A stretch of 63,362 nt of DNA, from IMG/VR virus record IMGVR_UViG_3300025030_000103, positions 1 to 63,362 of that record. One strand, given 5' to 3'. The notes beneath the pieces were generated by a model. It worked only from the letters and a program-made list of their open reading frames with translations, did no database searches and was not told where the DNA came from. This DNA comes from a virus. Its lineage: Duplodnaviria; Caudoviricetes. Made by a program: the position numbers and the translations under genes. Shown here one piece after another: positions 16,879-27,492 of the stretch; the stretch's first letter is position 1, and each line of letters begins with the position of its first letter.

Positions 16879-19800
16879 CTACCTCCTTTTTCCGTCTACA
16901 AAGTTAACAACCGCTTCTTTCTTGGTGGGCATAACATTCTTCTCTATCGCCGGAGCTACAAAGCCCAAACCAGCTGCAATAGGAATACCGATCTTAGCCG
17001 GAAGCACCCTAGCAGATACATAAATACCTGCATCAACGAAAGTTCTCACAGCCATAACATACGTATACTCGGTAATAGGTTTCCCTTGCACAGCGTTTTT
17101 CGCTGCCCCAAGGGCAAGACTACCTACATCTTTACCTTTCTCGATCAAAGGTCCGCCCCCGCTAGATCCTTGGTAACCCATCAAAGCTGAGCCTAGACTA
17201 TCTACAAATAACCCTAAACCAGAGCCGGACATGAACATCTTGTATAGAGTAGCAAAGACTCCATCTTCTTCAAACTGTTTAAACGGATCAACTCCTTTTG
17301 CTAATAATCTAAGCATATAGATAGGAGCGCCTATGATTGTCGTACTCATCCCCTGCCTAAATAGTCTTTCTGGGTGATTAAGTAGCATATCTTTAAGATA
17401 CTTATGCTGATGATAACTGTACCGAGAAAACAAAGTTAGCATCTGCATCCAAGGGTTTGCCTTCTCTAAAATCTTCGGTGTTGTAAGAGCATCTGTTGCA
17501 AAGTTAGTCTTTTGTGTTAGAGAGAAAGCTCCAAGTTGAATCCAATCTTCAACTTCTTTCTCCTCGTTTGCATTATATGCAGCTATGATAGCGTCTGCAT
17601 CTACGTAGGCCTCTTTAAGATTTGCCCTCGCCTTCGCACTTCCAGAAACCGCCTTAGCTGTTTCTTCCATTAAATAGCTATGGAAAGCCAAAGCTGAGCC
17701 AGCGCGCATCCACTGGTCAATCCCTACCATCTTCCAAGCGCGCAAAAGCTTATCTGTCCGCTCCCTAGCTGGGCTATCTATATCCAGGTTATCTATAATC
17801 TCCCTGGATACGAACCTCTCAGCGACGCCCATAGCAAAAGCTCTTGCCTTAGCCTGCTCTCTGGTTGCTCTATCTCTGAAAAGAATCTGAGAAAAGCCTT
17901 TAATCAAATGCTTATAACCTGATATCGCAGATACGTTAGACGCCACACCTGGTTGAAGTAATTGCGAGTGTTGAAGCATAGTAGCAACTGCCATAGCTTG
18001 ACCCTCTCCAACACCCCAACCAACTGCTGTATCTTTCTCTACTGCTGAACGCCCGCCTATGATTGCATTGACAGCATTGATGGCGTCTTCCATAGCTTCT
18101 GGTATGGCGCTCTGGCGAAGATGTTCAGCTGCGAGAGAGACCAACTTCGCCTCTGCCGTAGGTCCGAGCATCCTGACAACTGCAAGTCTTCTACTCCCGT
18201 TTGCTACATAAGATCTCAGGACCTCAACCGGATCTTTAATCCACCCATCCATGTTCGTTTCTCTTGCCATCTCCATGTTTGCATACCTAGGAACATGCAA
18301 AAGAGCTTGTCTGCGGCGCATCTTGTTAATCAGCTTCCTAGCGTGTTCTTCATTGAAAGCTTCCCCGCTTCTTATAAGACTTTGAATCATAATCTCAGAG
18401 GGCTTTTCAAAAGCTCCTTTCGGCCACATCCTGGGGAAGTATCTCACAGTTGGATCGTGCTTAAATAGTTCCCGCCGGCCAGAGTTATAGAAAGTCTTAA
18501 AGCCTAGAATCTCCATCTCCTTGCCGTAGGCTTGAAAAATCTGATCCATCATATTAAAGTATCTAGTCTCAGTCTCATTTCTTCCAGCCTGCCCTGGGAC
18601 ACCCTCCAGATATCTCTCTAGCAACTCTTCTCGAGCCGCCTTATCTGGTATCTCTTGCAGCATGTTATCTATCTGTCTCATGTAGTCTCTAGAATAAAGA
18701 GCATACTGAGCTCCGAGGACCTGCTTCAGATGATAGACAATCTTAGATCCTGCCGGTGTTACAGAGAGATTCTCTTCAACCTGATCTATAATGCGTAACT
18801 TAAAAGCCAATAGCCTATCCCATGTTGCTAGACCTTTGAACTCCTCAGCTTTCTCTGCTTTAAAATCTCGAAGCGTTTTCTCCTTTGTAAAGTCCATAAA
18901 GTCTTGGTTCTGATTAAAGTAGAGTTCCTGTAACCTGTGCAGGATAATATCCTTACCACGGATACCAATAGTATCAAGAGTTCCATAGCTTTTTGGGAAC
19001 ACCGTAAGGATAAATTCCTGTAAACCTTCATCACCAGACACACTATCGGAAAGTCCCAGTGCAGTTGCAAGGCGCATAATATGCTCGCGCTGATTAAAGA
19101 CTCCTCGGTTCTGAAGATACAACCTCACCATCTTAACGTTCTCTTCATCAGAGAAACCGCTTTGCTGGAGATATTCCGTTAAGGCAAGTCCTTTCTCCTT
19201 CGCAGTCTCAGCGAGCTTTATCACGTTTTTGAGAAGCTCTCTTCTTTGGCGTTCGGCTTTAGATCTTCTCTCTAACTTAGCTGCTTCTCTCTTTTCAAGT
19301 TCATCAGGCGTAAGAGGTTTAAGGTTTCTCTTCTGGGGGCGGACTTTATAGAGTGTATCTTTTATCCTCTGGGCTTTCTTTTCTTCCTTTGACTTACCCG
19401 CAAAGTCACTAATCTCACTAATCTCAACATCATCCTCGTTGAAGATTACGTAGTTGTAATGCCCTTCGCCCTTTGAGCGGCTATTGCCATCTAGATACTT
19501 GTTCCCTCTGATGCCGAGACTGTAAAGATAAGCAGAAGCTTCACTTTGACTTCCTAGTCTACTAACCAATTCAGAGTAAAAGCCTTTGCCAGAAGTTCCA
19601 AACATATAGTTTATATGATCGGGATCATCTATACGAGCCCACTCCTTAAGTGTAGGCAGTACAGCTGTTCTTACCTTCTTACTTTGCTCTTCTAAAGGCT
19701 CATCCCAAAGCAAATACTCATCTTCCTGCGGAGCAAGTTCGACTTTGTAGAGAGCTCCTCTTTTGGGTTTACTTACTTCGACGTATTTAGATACTTCCCA

Positions 19801-22800
19801 TTCCTTAGCTAATCTTAAAACATCCCTCCAATACTGCACACCATCAATAGCTCCGCCTAAAGTGTTTTCTTTTGCTCCTGATTGTTTTAGTACATTCAAA
19901 TGTTTAATACTATTTTCCAACTTTTTATCTACGTCATATATTACCTTCTCCCATATAAAAGCACTTCTATCTTTTGGCAAGGCTACGCGAGCTATAATTT
20001 TAGTTAAAATAGCTTGAGGAGACTCGTCTAAACGATAGAAGTTTTGCACTACGCCATTCAACTTAACGGTGACAGGCCCATCTTTCTCTTTAGATAATTT
20101 ATCCTTATACCACCTAGCAACTTTTTCATTACTAGCAAAGTACAATCCCCATCCATATACCTGCGCACCTTCCCCACTTCCGATATGCTTCGTAGAGAAC
20201 TTCTCAAACCTATGAGGCGTTCCATGCCATGCGGCAGCAAAACTATCTAGCATATCCATAAACATCTTTGCTTCTTCATCACTTACTTCATCGGGCACAG
20301 ATATCCGATCCCATGAGTTTAAATTCGAATTTTGAATTGAAACTGGTTCAGGTTGGAAGTCACTGTAATCAGCATTCCCAGCTATGATATCATTATACTG
20401 GTTTAGAAGAACCTCCAGTTGCATTGCAATATCACTATTTGAAGGGGCCTTCGAGAGCCTCTTAACAACCTCTTGCTTTGCCTCAATAGCTTCTTCTTTG
20501 CCTACCTTGGGAATGTCGGATACAGATACTTTCTTCCTTACAATAACTTTCTTCTCCGTCGCAGCTAGCTCTGCATTAACAGCTTCGGTCTCTTTAACAA
20601 CTTCTTGAACCTCCTCAGATATAACCCGCTTCTCATAGAGGATGGCTCTTTTAACTGCATTAGGGTTATGCTCAACCGCAGCCGCAAGCTTATTAAACAA
20701 CCTCATGTTAACAAACATCGGCTTAGGTCCTAGCTTGCCAAGGAAGTTCGCCGGATCACCTATGAAGTTCAGCCAAGTCTGTTCAAAAGACAAGCCGTGG
20801 TCGTCTGCATACTGTTGGATTTCCTGCTTGAAGTTAGTAATCAACCCCCTATAGTATTCGATACGCTTGGAGGTCGTACTCGAAGTGTTGATAAAATCTT
20901 TACCTGCTGCCGCGATAATAAGTTTATAGAACTCAGCTTCTCTTTGTGCGGTTGACCTACTTGAGGCAGTTATAGTCTTCAAAGGAACGAGACTATTCAG
21001 ATTCCCCTTAGCAAAGACAGTAACAGCATTACTGTACTTCCCCTCAATCTGCTTAAGCTGCCTCTTCTTGTTCTCAACCTCTACACTTGACATGCCAGTC
21101 TTAGTTATAGCCTTGATATCACTGCGAAGCTTAGATGCAATCTTCTCATCTTCCGGAGACATTACAGCTTTGCCTATTGTGTACCGTTCAAGTACTTTCG
21201 GATCAACAGCCTTTCTCAGCTTCGCAACTTGTCGCTTTCTTGAAAGAACTTTCCGTCCATCCTGCGCTGGAACCTCAATCAAGTTTGAATTCGAATTTTG
21301 AATTGAATCTAAACGAGAGGGATCGAAGATACTATTCAGCCAATCTGCGACAGAGTCTACAGCTAACGCAGTTGTATCTCCTTTCCGCTTCATCTTCGTC
21401 AGAGCCTTCCTAAACTGATTTGCAAGAGCCTTGAACCATTTATCTGCGAGGGTCAGCGGAGCCTTGTCAGTAGTCGCCCACTTAGTTATCTGGTTCGCAA
21501 GCCACTCTTTGCCGACATTAGTTCCGTCTTGTAGAACGGAGATGTAACCTATATCAACTGGCAGGTTAGGAGAAGCAAGGTTAAAGGGATACATATCTTT
21601 AGCTAGCTGCTCATTAGATACACCGCCATTAACCTTTGCGACATAGGCTTGATAGTCTGCCTCGATAGCCGTCTTCTGCTCTGTAGTGGCCTTATCGAAA
21701 TGTTCATAGGCGATCACATGCCCAACTGCTTCGTGGGTTACCAGCTCGAGAGTTTGGGCATCTGTATTACCAGACCCAACTGCAACTACATACCTACCTC
21801 CGGCTTTTAAAATAGCTGCACGAGGGGCATCAACTTGACTCATGTAATCAACTAGTTTAGTAACAGAATCTCCTAGCGCAGTCCCAATCTCTGGATTGCT
21901 TCTAAGATCTTCTACAGTAAGCACAGCTACTTTGGCCTTTGTATCTGTGCTAATAAGCAAATCTTCTGCATAGTTACTAAAAGATTGAAGAGCGGGAGAA
22001 CTCACCAAAAGCTCATCATCTTTAAGAGGGCTACCCAGATGTTGAACAATCATAGATGCGAAGAGCGGATCGGGCTGTTGTTCTTGTACAACTTGTGTAG
22101 TAGACTCAAGAGAATCTTCTTGCATCAACTCAGTATCATTCGCAAGTTCTTCAGGCGTTACCTCAGCTAGGTCCTTTACACTTTGAAGAGCTTCTTTAGT
22201 AGATGCAATAACTTCATCTTCGGTAGGCTGCCCTTCAGTCTGAGAGGGTGCCTCAGGCGCACCTTCTTCAATATCCCTAGCCGCCTCAGCTTCCTGTGCC
22301 GGTATCGTAAGTTCAAAAGCTTTTTCAAGATCTGCTTTCTCTTGTTTGATCTCTGCAAGTTGAACAACAGCTCCGCCGGGCATTTCTATCTGCGTTTCCC
22401 CAGCAGCTTCTGCTTCGGTTATAAAATCTTGAAGTTGGTTTACATAGTTAGTAGCGCGCCTCTTACTGTCAAACTGCACAACCTTGCCTGGGATGCCCAT
22501 AAGGCTAGACTGCATCAAAGTAGCAACAGCCGTATCAATCTGATCAGACAGATGCTGCTTTGAGAAGATATAATCTAAGGGAGCCCCAGAAAAGTCATTA
22601 GCTCCTTGCAAAGCTGTTGCGCTTGATTCACCTACAACCTCACTAATCAGATTCTGCACAAACGGCTTGAGAACGCCTTGACCAGCTTTCGCAGCCTTCC
22701 AGAACTGCCCCATGAAATAAGCTCCTCCTAGCTCAGTCGCAACTTCGACAGTGCCATGGAAAGCTGCATCCCTCTGCGCAGTCTCTACATCAATGCCTTG

Positions 22801-23400
22801 TTCGTTCCTTCTCTCTCCGTACTTCTGCCCAGAAGTTGTGACGTACATAGAAGTTGTAAGTGGCACAGCCAGCTCTGGCATGATAAAAGATGCAGCCATT
22901 ACAGGCAACTGGAGGCCGACGCTGGTAGTTACTCCTCGAGCAACTGTTCCAAGATAAGATTTCTGCGGAAAGGCTTCAGCTAAACCCGCTTCCAAGGCCT
23001 TGCCTTCATTGTAAAGATCTTTACCCTGCTTAACCGTAGCTTGCATAGCAGCTAGAGCTTGCTTTACATTTTCCGCCTTTTCAAGCGGGTCTTCTTCTTG
23101 GATGCCTGCAAAAGTTCTGAGGGGCTTCCAAGCTTGTGTAAGGTCTTTAATCTGCTGCTCACCTCGCATCTGTTGAAAGCCGCCAATAGATTGCTCAAGC
23201 CCAGCTCGCATTGTGCCGAATGTAAGGGCTGGATTCTTAACAGCCTGTGCAATGTCACTAACAGTGTTAGAGAGTTCCGAAACTACACTAGCCTCCTGCG
23301 CAGGAACATCACTCAACTCAGAATCGATCATCCACTGCGGCTTCTGTGCAGCCTTCACAGGTTCGTTTACTTCTCTTAGTGAATCTTCCATCCAGCCCAT
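16879..23400 (-). CDS. Giant ejection/polyvalent protein, 2173 aa (metallopeptidase-like and ADP-ribosyltransferase-like domains)
   Basis: Last internal-virion gene position; THEAVGH...EWLA zincin-like motif; AWHGTPH...GEGAQVYGWGLYFA...YVIFN ART-PolyVal-like motifs. Confidence 0.8.
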   Translation of the reverse strand: MGWMEDSLREVNEPVKAAQKPQWMIDSELSDVPAQEASVVSELSNTVSDIAQAVKNPALTFGTMRAGLEQSIGGFQQMRGEQQIKDLTQAWKPLRTFAGIQEEDPLEKAENVKQALAAMQATVKQGKDLYNEGKALEAGLAEAFPQKSYLGTVARGVTTSVGLQLPVMAASFIMPELAVPLTTSMYVTTSGQKYGERRNEQGIDVETAQRDAAFHGTVEVATELGGAYFMGQFWKAAKAGQGVLKPFVQNLISEVVGESSATALQGANDFSGAPLDYIFSKQHLSDQIDTAVATLMQSSLMGIPGKVVQFDSKRRATNYVNQLQDFITEAEAAGETQIEMPGGAVVQLAEIKQEKADLEKAFELTIPAQEAEAARDIEEGAPEAPSQTEGQPTEDEVIASTKEALQSVKDLAEVTPEELANDTELMQEDSLESTTQVVQEQQPDPLFASMIVQHLGSPLKDDELLVSSPALQSFSNYAEDLLISTDTKAKVAVLTVEDLRSNPEIGTALGDSVTKLVDYMSQVDAPRAAILKAGGRYVVAVGSGNTDAQTLELVTHEAVGHVIAYEHFDKATTEQKTAIEADYQAYVAKVNGGVSNEQLAKDMYPFNLASPNLPVDIGYISVLQDGTNVGKEWLANQITKWATTDKAPLTLADKWFKALANQFRKALTKMKRKGDTTALAVDSVADWLNSIFDPSRLDSIQNSNSNLIEVPAQDGRKVLSRKRQVAKLRKAVDPKVLERYTIGKAVMSPEDEKIASKLRSDIKAITKTGMSSVEVENKKRQLKQIEGKYSNAVTVFAKGNLNSLVPLKTITASSRSTAQREAEFYKLIIAAAGKDFINTSSTTSKRIEYYRGLITNFKQEIQQYADDHGLSFEQTWLNFIGDPANFLGKLGPKPMFVNMRLFNKLAAAVEHNPNAVKRAILYEKRVISEEVQEVVKETEAVNAELAATEKKVIVRKKVSVSDIPKVGKEEAIEAKQEVVKRLSKAPSNSDIAMQLEVLLNQYNDIIAGNADYSDFQPEPVSIQNSNLNSWDRISVPDEVSDEEAKMFMDMLDSFAAAWHGTPHRFEKFSTKHIGSGEGAQVYGWGLYFASNEKVARWYKDKLSKEKDGPVTVKLNGVVQNFYRLDESPQAILTKIIARVALPKDRSAFIWEKVIYDVDKKLENSIKHLNVLKQSGAKENTLGGAIDGVQYWRDVLRLAKEWEVSKYVEVSKPKRGALYKVELAPQEDEYLLWDEPLEEQSKKVRTAVLPTLKEWARIDDPDHINYMFGTSGKGFYSELVSRLGSQSEASAYLYSLGIRGNKYLDGNSRSKGEGHYNYVIFNEDDVEISEISDFAGKSKEEKKAQRIKDTLYKVRPQKRNLKPLTPDELEKREAAKLERRSKAERQRRELLKNVIKLAETAKEKGLALTEYLQQSGFSDEENVKMVRLYLQNRGVFNQREHIMRLATALGLSDSVSGDEGLQEFILTVFPKSYGTLDTIGIRGKDIILHRLQELYFNQNQDFMDFTKEKTLRDFKAEKAEEFKGLATWDRLLAFKLRIIDQVEENLSVTPAGSKIVYHLKQVLGAQYALYSRDYMRQIDNMLQEIPDKAAREELLERYLEGVPGQAGRNETETRYFNMMDQIFQAYGKEMEILGFKTFYNSGRRELFKHDPTVRYFPRMWPKGAFEKPSEIMIQSLIRSGEAFNEEHARKLINKMRRRQALLHVPRYANMEMARETNMDGWIKDPVEVLRSYVANGSRRLAVVRMLGPTAEAKLVSLAAEHLRQSAIPEAMEDAINAVNAIIGGRSAVEKDTAVGWGVGEGQAMAVATMLQHSQLLQPGVASNVSAISGYKHLIKGFSQILFRDRATREQAKARAFAMGVAERFVSREIIDNLDIDSPARERTDKLLRAWKMVGIDQWMRAGSALAFHSYLMEETAKAVSGSAKARANLKEAYVDADAIIAAYNANEEKEVEDWIQLGAFSLTQKTNFATDALTTPKILEKANPWMQMLTLFSRYSYHQHKYLKDMLLNHPERLFRQGMSTTIIGAPIYMLRLLAKGVDPFKQFEEDGVFATLYKMFMSGSGLGLFVDSLGSALMGYQGSSGGGPLIEKGKDVGSLALGAAKNAVQGKPITEYTYVMAVRTFVDAGIYVSARVLPAKIGIPIAAGLGFVAPAIEKNVMPTKKEAVVNFVDGKRR

Positions 23401-23411
23401 AAAGAGCCCTC

Positions 23412-24395
23412 CTATTGAGGATTATAAGTGAATCGCTTACCGGCACTACCGGAACCGGCTTTCTTGGTTTTCGGCTGATCTTGTCCGGGCAATCCCAAGA
23501 CAGGTTTCATACTCACGTATTGGTATTTGCCATCTACGACTTTGCGCCCATAGAAGCCATCGGGCCTAAGAACTACCTGAGTTGCGCCATTTAGGTATCG
23601 AGCTAAATTAGCATCATTCACATCAAAGGCTTTATTAAAAGGTTGCCCTAACGCAACAGCATACAACTGATTTGTGGCCATATTAACTTTAGAAAGCGGA
23701 TCATCTTTGCCAGCCCAATAAGTTGCTTGCTTCGTATAGTGCTCTTGCAGCTCACTATCGAAAGGCAAACCCGTCTGCGGCTGAGCTTGCTGCTGGGCGT
23801 TAAAGCTCTGCCAGTACTTCATCTCGCTGGCTTTCAACCTAAGACCTTCAAGGCCTTGCCTCTCGACTTCCCGGCTATGCCTTACTTGCTCTTGCAAAGA
23901 TGCTTCGCTCTCCGCCCTTCTGTTATTTACAGAGAATTGTTGATTATAAACATCTTGTTGACTTCTCTGATTAGCTGAATCAACTTGCATCTGGTTATTC
24001 GCCTTATCAGCTTCAAACCTCTGTCCGCCTTGGAACAACTGATTAGCCATGCTCCGGATAGCATCTCGATTCTCAGGCCCACCTGTAACTGCATCGAAAG
24101 TCTTCTGACCTTGCTGCAACTGGTTGTTCACAGACTGACCTTGGGTGAGCATCATAAGTTCTTGAGGCGATAAACCTAGAACATCCGTAGGACTATTAAA
24201 GCCAAACGTATTAGAAAGTGAGCCCCCATTACTGAGGGCCTCTCTCAAGACAGTTGGGTCTATTCGACCAAAGTTAGCTGCCTGTGCATACTGTTGCTGA
24301 AGACCCGCTTTCAAAGCATCATAAGCTGGATTCATATTCGGAGCGACAATAGGCGCAGCCTGTTGAAGAGGCGCAGTTTGTTTTATCAAAGCCAT
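23412..24395 (-). CDS. Putative internal virion (ejection) protein
   Basis: Q/N-rich; GGAGG RBS before MALIKQ; syntenic position. Confidence 0.65.
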   Translation of the reverse strand: MALIKQTAPLQQAAPIVAPNMNPAYDALKAGLQQQYAQAANFGRIDPTVLREALSNGGSLSNTFGFNSPTDVLGLSPQELMMLTQGQSVNNQLQQGQKTFDAVTGGPENRDAIRSMANQLFQGGQRFEADKANNQMQVDSANQRSQQDVYNQQFSVNNRRAESEASLQEQVRHSREVERQGLEGLRLKASEMKYWQSFNAQQQAQPQTGLPFDSELQEHYTKQATYWAGKDDPLSKVNMATNQLYAVALGQPFNKAFDVNDANLARYLNGATQVVLRPDGFYGRKVVDGKYQYVSMKPVLGLPGQDQPKTKKAGSGSAGKRFTYNPQ

Positions 24396-24396
24396 C

Positions 24397-24813
24397 TTAT
24401 TTACCTCCCATAGCTCCGGATAGCGAAAGCCCACTTTGCTCGGGACTTTGCATACCTAGTGCAGATGCTGTTTCAAGGCCAACTTTCCCATGCGCTTCCA
24501 AGATTTTCTTTAAAAAATCTCTCTGGCCTTTCTCTCTTTCGAGAAGCGCGCCAGCCATCATACTGCCATTAGCTGCCTGTTGTACACCACTGCCAAGTCT
24601 TCCCTGCCAGCTGTTAGGACCTCCAATAGCGCTGCCAGCCAACCCAAGAACAGAAGCCAACATCATAGGATTCATTGCCTTATCTAGAATAGCTGGAGCA
24701 TTCTTAATAAGCGGCCCGTTCATTGGATTCAAAGGTGTATCTTTCACAGCATTGAGGATAGGCATTGAAGTTAAGAAACCGCCACCATCTGTAAGAGAGT
24801 CAAAAAGTCCCAT
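24397..24813 (-). CDS. Putative internal virion protein
   Basis: Gly/Ala-rich with an MGLFD start, similar to the start of phage B 59129..59932. Confidence 0.6.
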   Translation of the reverse strand: MGLFDSLTDGGGFLTSMPILNAVKDTPLNPMNGPLIKNAPAILDKAMNPMMLASVLGLAGSAIGGPNSWQGRLGSGVQQAANGSMMAGALLEREKGQRDFLKKILEAHGKVGLETASALGMQSPEQSGLSLSGAMGGK

Positions 24814-24853
24814 TTGTTTTCTCCTTTGTATTCAAAATTTGAATTGAAACTTA

Positions 24854-25741
24854 TTAGAAAAGCCCGCCAGCTAGGCCCATCGCCCCACCTACAGCCGCTC
24901 CCCAAGGACCGCCAACCATAGCGCCCGCTGCAGCACCTGACAACGCGCCACTAACGGCACTTCCTAGCTTCGATCCTTTTCCCTCATCAACAGCTAAAGC
25001 AGCTCCAGATATAGCCCCAAGTGTATTAGCGGCGTACTGATAAAGCTTTATATCCCATAAAAGATCTTTAGCCCCCCACTCAGCATTAGTGTCCTCAATT
25101 TCTGCCTTGATTGCATGGTAGTATTTAGACGCATCTAATGTAAGAGCTGCAATGCCTTTATCGAAATCCATCTGCATAGACGCCTTGCGCATTGAAAGAT
25201 CAGCCGCCTTTAGCTTAAGCTCCTCAACTATCATCCTATGCTTCGCAAGTGCTTTGATTTTATCTCCTTGGATTGTGGCATCTCCGATTACAAAGGCCGA
25301 GGACATAACCATTCCAATATCTCGCATAGAGGCGTGAAACTTAGGTGCGACGTTATTATCTATCTCATCATCTAACACAGTTGTTTCGGCTGCAATAAGG
25401 GCTAGAGTATAATCATCGTTGGTTACATTGAAGTTGAACTCAGTCACCAAAGTAGAAAAGTCTAAAAGCTGAAGCGTACCTAAGAGATCGAATGGCTTCT
25501 TATAAGATGCATCTGTAATCAACTTACCAGAGCCGAGCATAAGTTGATTAACCGTCAGCTGCCCTGTTGTATAGGCGAAGTAAGGTGAATTACCGGCCAG
25601 CGCCGCATTTACACAATCAACTATAGAAAGATCAAAAGTATCTGTGCCCCCATGATCTAACATAGAGCCATGAAAAGTCTTCATGTAATCCGGAAAGTCT
25701 GTCTTACCACTAGATCCACCGCCGCCGCCACCTTTTCCCAT
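24854..25741 (-). CDS. Putative internal virion protein with glycine-zipper C-terminus
   Basis: MGKGGGGGGSS start; GAAAGAMVGGPWGAAVGG end. Confidence 0.65.
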   Translation of the reverse strand: MGKGGGGGGSSGKTDFPDYMKTFHGSMLDHGGTDTFDLSIVDCVNAALAGNSPYFAYTTGQLTVNQLMLGSGKLITDASYKKPFDLLGTLQLLDFSTLVTEFNFNVTNDDYTLALIAAETTVLDDEIDNNVAPKFHASMRDIGMVMSSAFVIGDATIQGDKIKALAKHRMIVEELKLKAADLSMRKASMQMDFDKGIAALTLDASKYYHAIKAEIEDTNAEWGAKDLLWDIKLYQYAANTLGAISGAALAVDEGKGSKLGSAVSGALSGAAAGAMVGGPWGAAVGGAMGLAGGLF

Positions 25742-25742
25742 C

Positions 25743-26186
25743 TTACACCTCCAGTGAGAGTAACCTAGTTGAGATGAAGCCTAGCTTTTGGCAGACTTCC
25801 ATAACTTTAGGATGTGCACTTAGACTTGTGATATATTTACACCTATTTGCTTTTGCAAACTCTTTTAAAGCGTCAATACCTTGTTCCCACATCTCATCTG
25901 GTATGGGCCGGAATCCGAAGATTGTATACAAGCAAAGATTTCTCTCTTGTGTAACTTCGTCGATGAGAATCTTACTTAGGAGAACCACATATACTTGATT
26001 ATCCGGATCAGGTTCCGCCTTATCAACTCCAACCCAGCACTGACTGGTTTCAAGAAGCAAACTGTGAAGGACGCCCTGCACTGCTTCACTATCTTCCTTC
26101 GTTCCGACGGGCAAAGATCTCAGATAACAAAACCTAACAATATCCCATATCTTAGCCGTTTGGCTCGGCAATAGTTTAATTAGCAT
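25743..26186 (-). CDS. GNAT-like virion assembly protein
   Basis: LKEFAKANRCKYI...KLGF pattern; sits between the tail and ejection genes. Confidence 0.5.
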   Translation of the reverse strand: MLIKLLPSQTAKIWDIVRFCYLRSLPVGTKEDSEAVQGVLHSLLLETSQCWVGVDKAEPDPDNQVYVVLLSKILIDEVTQERNLCLYTIFGFRPIPDEMWEQGIDALKEFAKANRCKYITSLSAHPKVMEVCQKLGFISTRLLSLEV

Positions 26187-27492
26187 TCTGAGCTCCTGTC
26201 CAGCCTAAACCTGATCGGCCGTCTACTCTTATTGTCTGTACATAAAGATTGGAAATCGAACCACTCGTGAAGTTCTTAGCAATTCTCTTAACAGCCATTA
26301 CGTTTCCTGTAAGATGTGGATACGTAACTCCGTTGTCGTTTTCAAGAAATTCTCTCGAAGCATAATCTACTTGCTTCTTCGTAAGTGTCAGCTCTGTATA
26401 CTTCGAACCACTGCTATCATCTTGACAATAAACCTCAGAAATTGTCTTATCCCCACCTATGTTAAAGTCCAACTTACTGGTCTTAAACCAAGCAGCTGTT
26501 TCGGTTCCAGAAACTTTTAAACCGTATAAAACTGAGCCTTCTTTGAAAAGGCCCGATACCTCAACACTTCTCTGATACATCCCACTTTTATTCAAAACAA
26601 AGTTTCCATTCGAATTTCGAATCCAAACTTCATCAAGGTCCCTTGAGTAGAAGAGGCTTGCATCTGTGTCTCGCAGAATCCACTCGTAATCAAGAACCTC
26701 AGGCCCTTTCTCTGCTTGCAAGACTTTAGGAGTTCCGGTAACTCGACAGAGCTTCCCAAAGGTGTCTATAAAATAAACCTCTTCACCATTCCCAGCACAG
26801 CTCGCTTTATCCCTTGCGCCAACACCCCAGATTTTCTTATACGAAAAAGTCTGAAGGGCGGGCTTATAGATTGCAACGCCAGCATCTCCGATCGCGCAGA
26901 AACCTTTGTCGAGAGGAAGAACCTTTAGAACATTGCCAATATCTGGATTATGGAATCCAGCTTCTGTGTCTTTACCTACTGTGAAATTAACAGCTCCGAT
27001 CTTCGACCAAGCTACGAAAGTACCATCTAGATTATTCCAAGCAGATGTTAAACCGCCTAAGATAAGTTGCCCATGTAAATCTGTCATAGAGTTCGAAACT
27101 GGCAAATCCGCATCAAAGGGTTTATCTAAACTAGCTACGCCATCGCTTATAAAGATAGTAACATCACCATTAGATATAATCCCAAACTTGATAAAGTTCG
27201 CAGAATCCCAATGCTTGTTAGTCTCAGTGAAGTCCAAAACCTTTGTGAGAACACCGCCAGATATAGAATAACAAGCACTATTATCAACCGCCCAGCTCTG
27301 GTTGCCAATTCTAAACTCCTGAGTTTTCTTACTAACAGGAACAAGAGTGAGTTTATCTACATACTTTAACTTAGATTCCCACGGCTTTAGATTAACAAGC
27401 TCAACGAAGCCTTCTTGATTAACTCCAGCTGGATGCGAAGATAGCAAGCCCTTTCCAAGGAGTTTCGATAAATCGAACTTGTTTTGTCGCAT
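26176..27492 (-). CDS. Tail tubular B / P22 gp10-like stabilisation protein
   Basis: Beta-rich, 438 aa; VAWSKIG, VYFIDTFG; synteny. Confidence 0.65.
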   Translation of the reverse strand: MRQNKFDLSKLLGKGLLSSHPAGVNQEGFVELVNLKPWESKLKYVDKLTLVPVSKKTQEFRIGNQSWAVDNSACYSISGGVLTKVLDFTETNKHWDSANFIKFGIISNGDVTIFISDGVASLDKPFDADLPVSNSMTDLHGQLILGGLTSAWNNLDGTFVAWSKIGAVNFTVGKDTEAGFHNPDIGNVLKVLPLDKGFCAIGDAGVAIYKPALQTFSYKKIWGVGARDKASCAGNGEEVYFIDTFGKLCRVTGTPKVLQAEKGPEVLDYEWILRDTDASLFYSRDLDEVWIRNSNGNFVLNKSGMYQRSVEVSGLFKEGSVLYGLKVSGTETAAWFKTSKLDFNIGGDKTISEVYCQDDSSGSKYTELTLTKKQVDYASREFLENDNGVTYPHLTGNVMAVKRIAKNFTSGSISNLYVQTIRVDGRSGLGWTGAQNAN

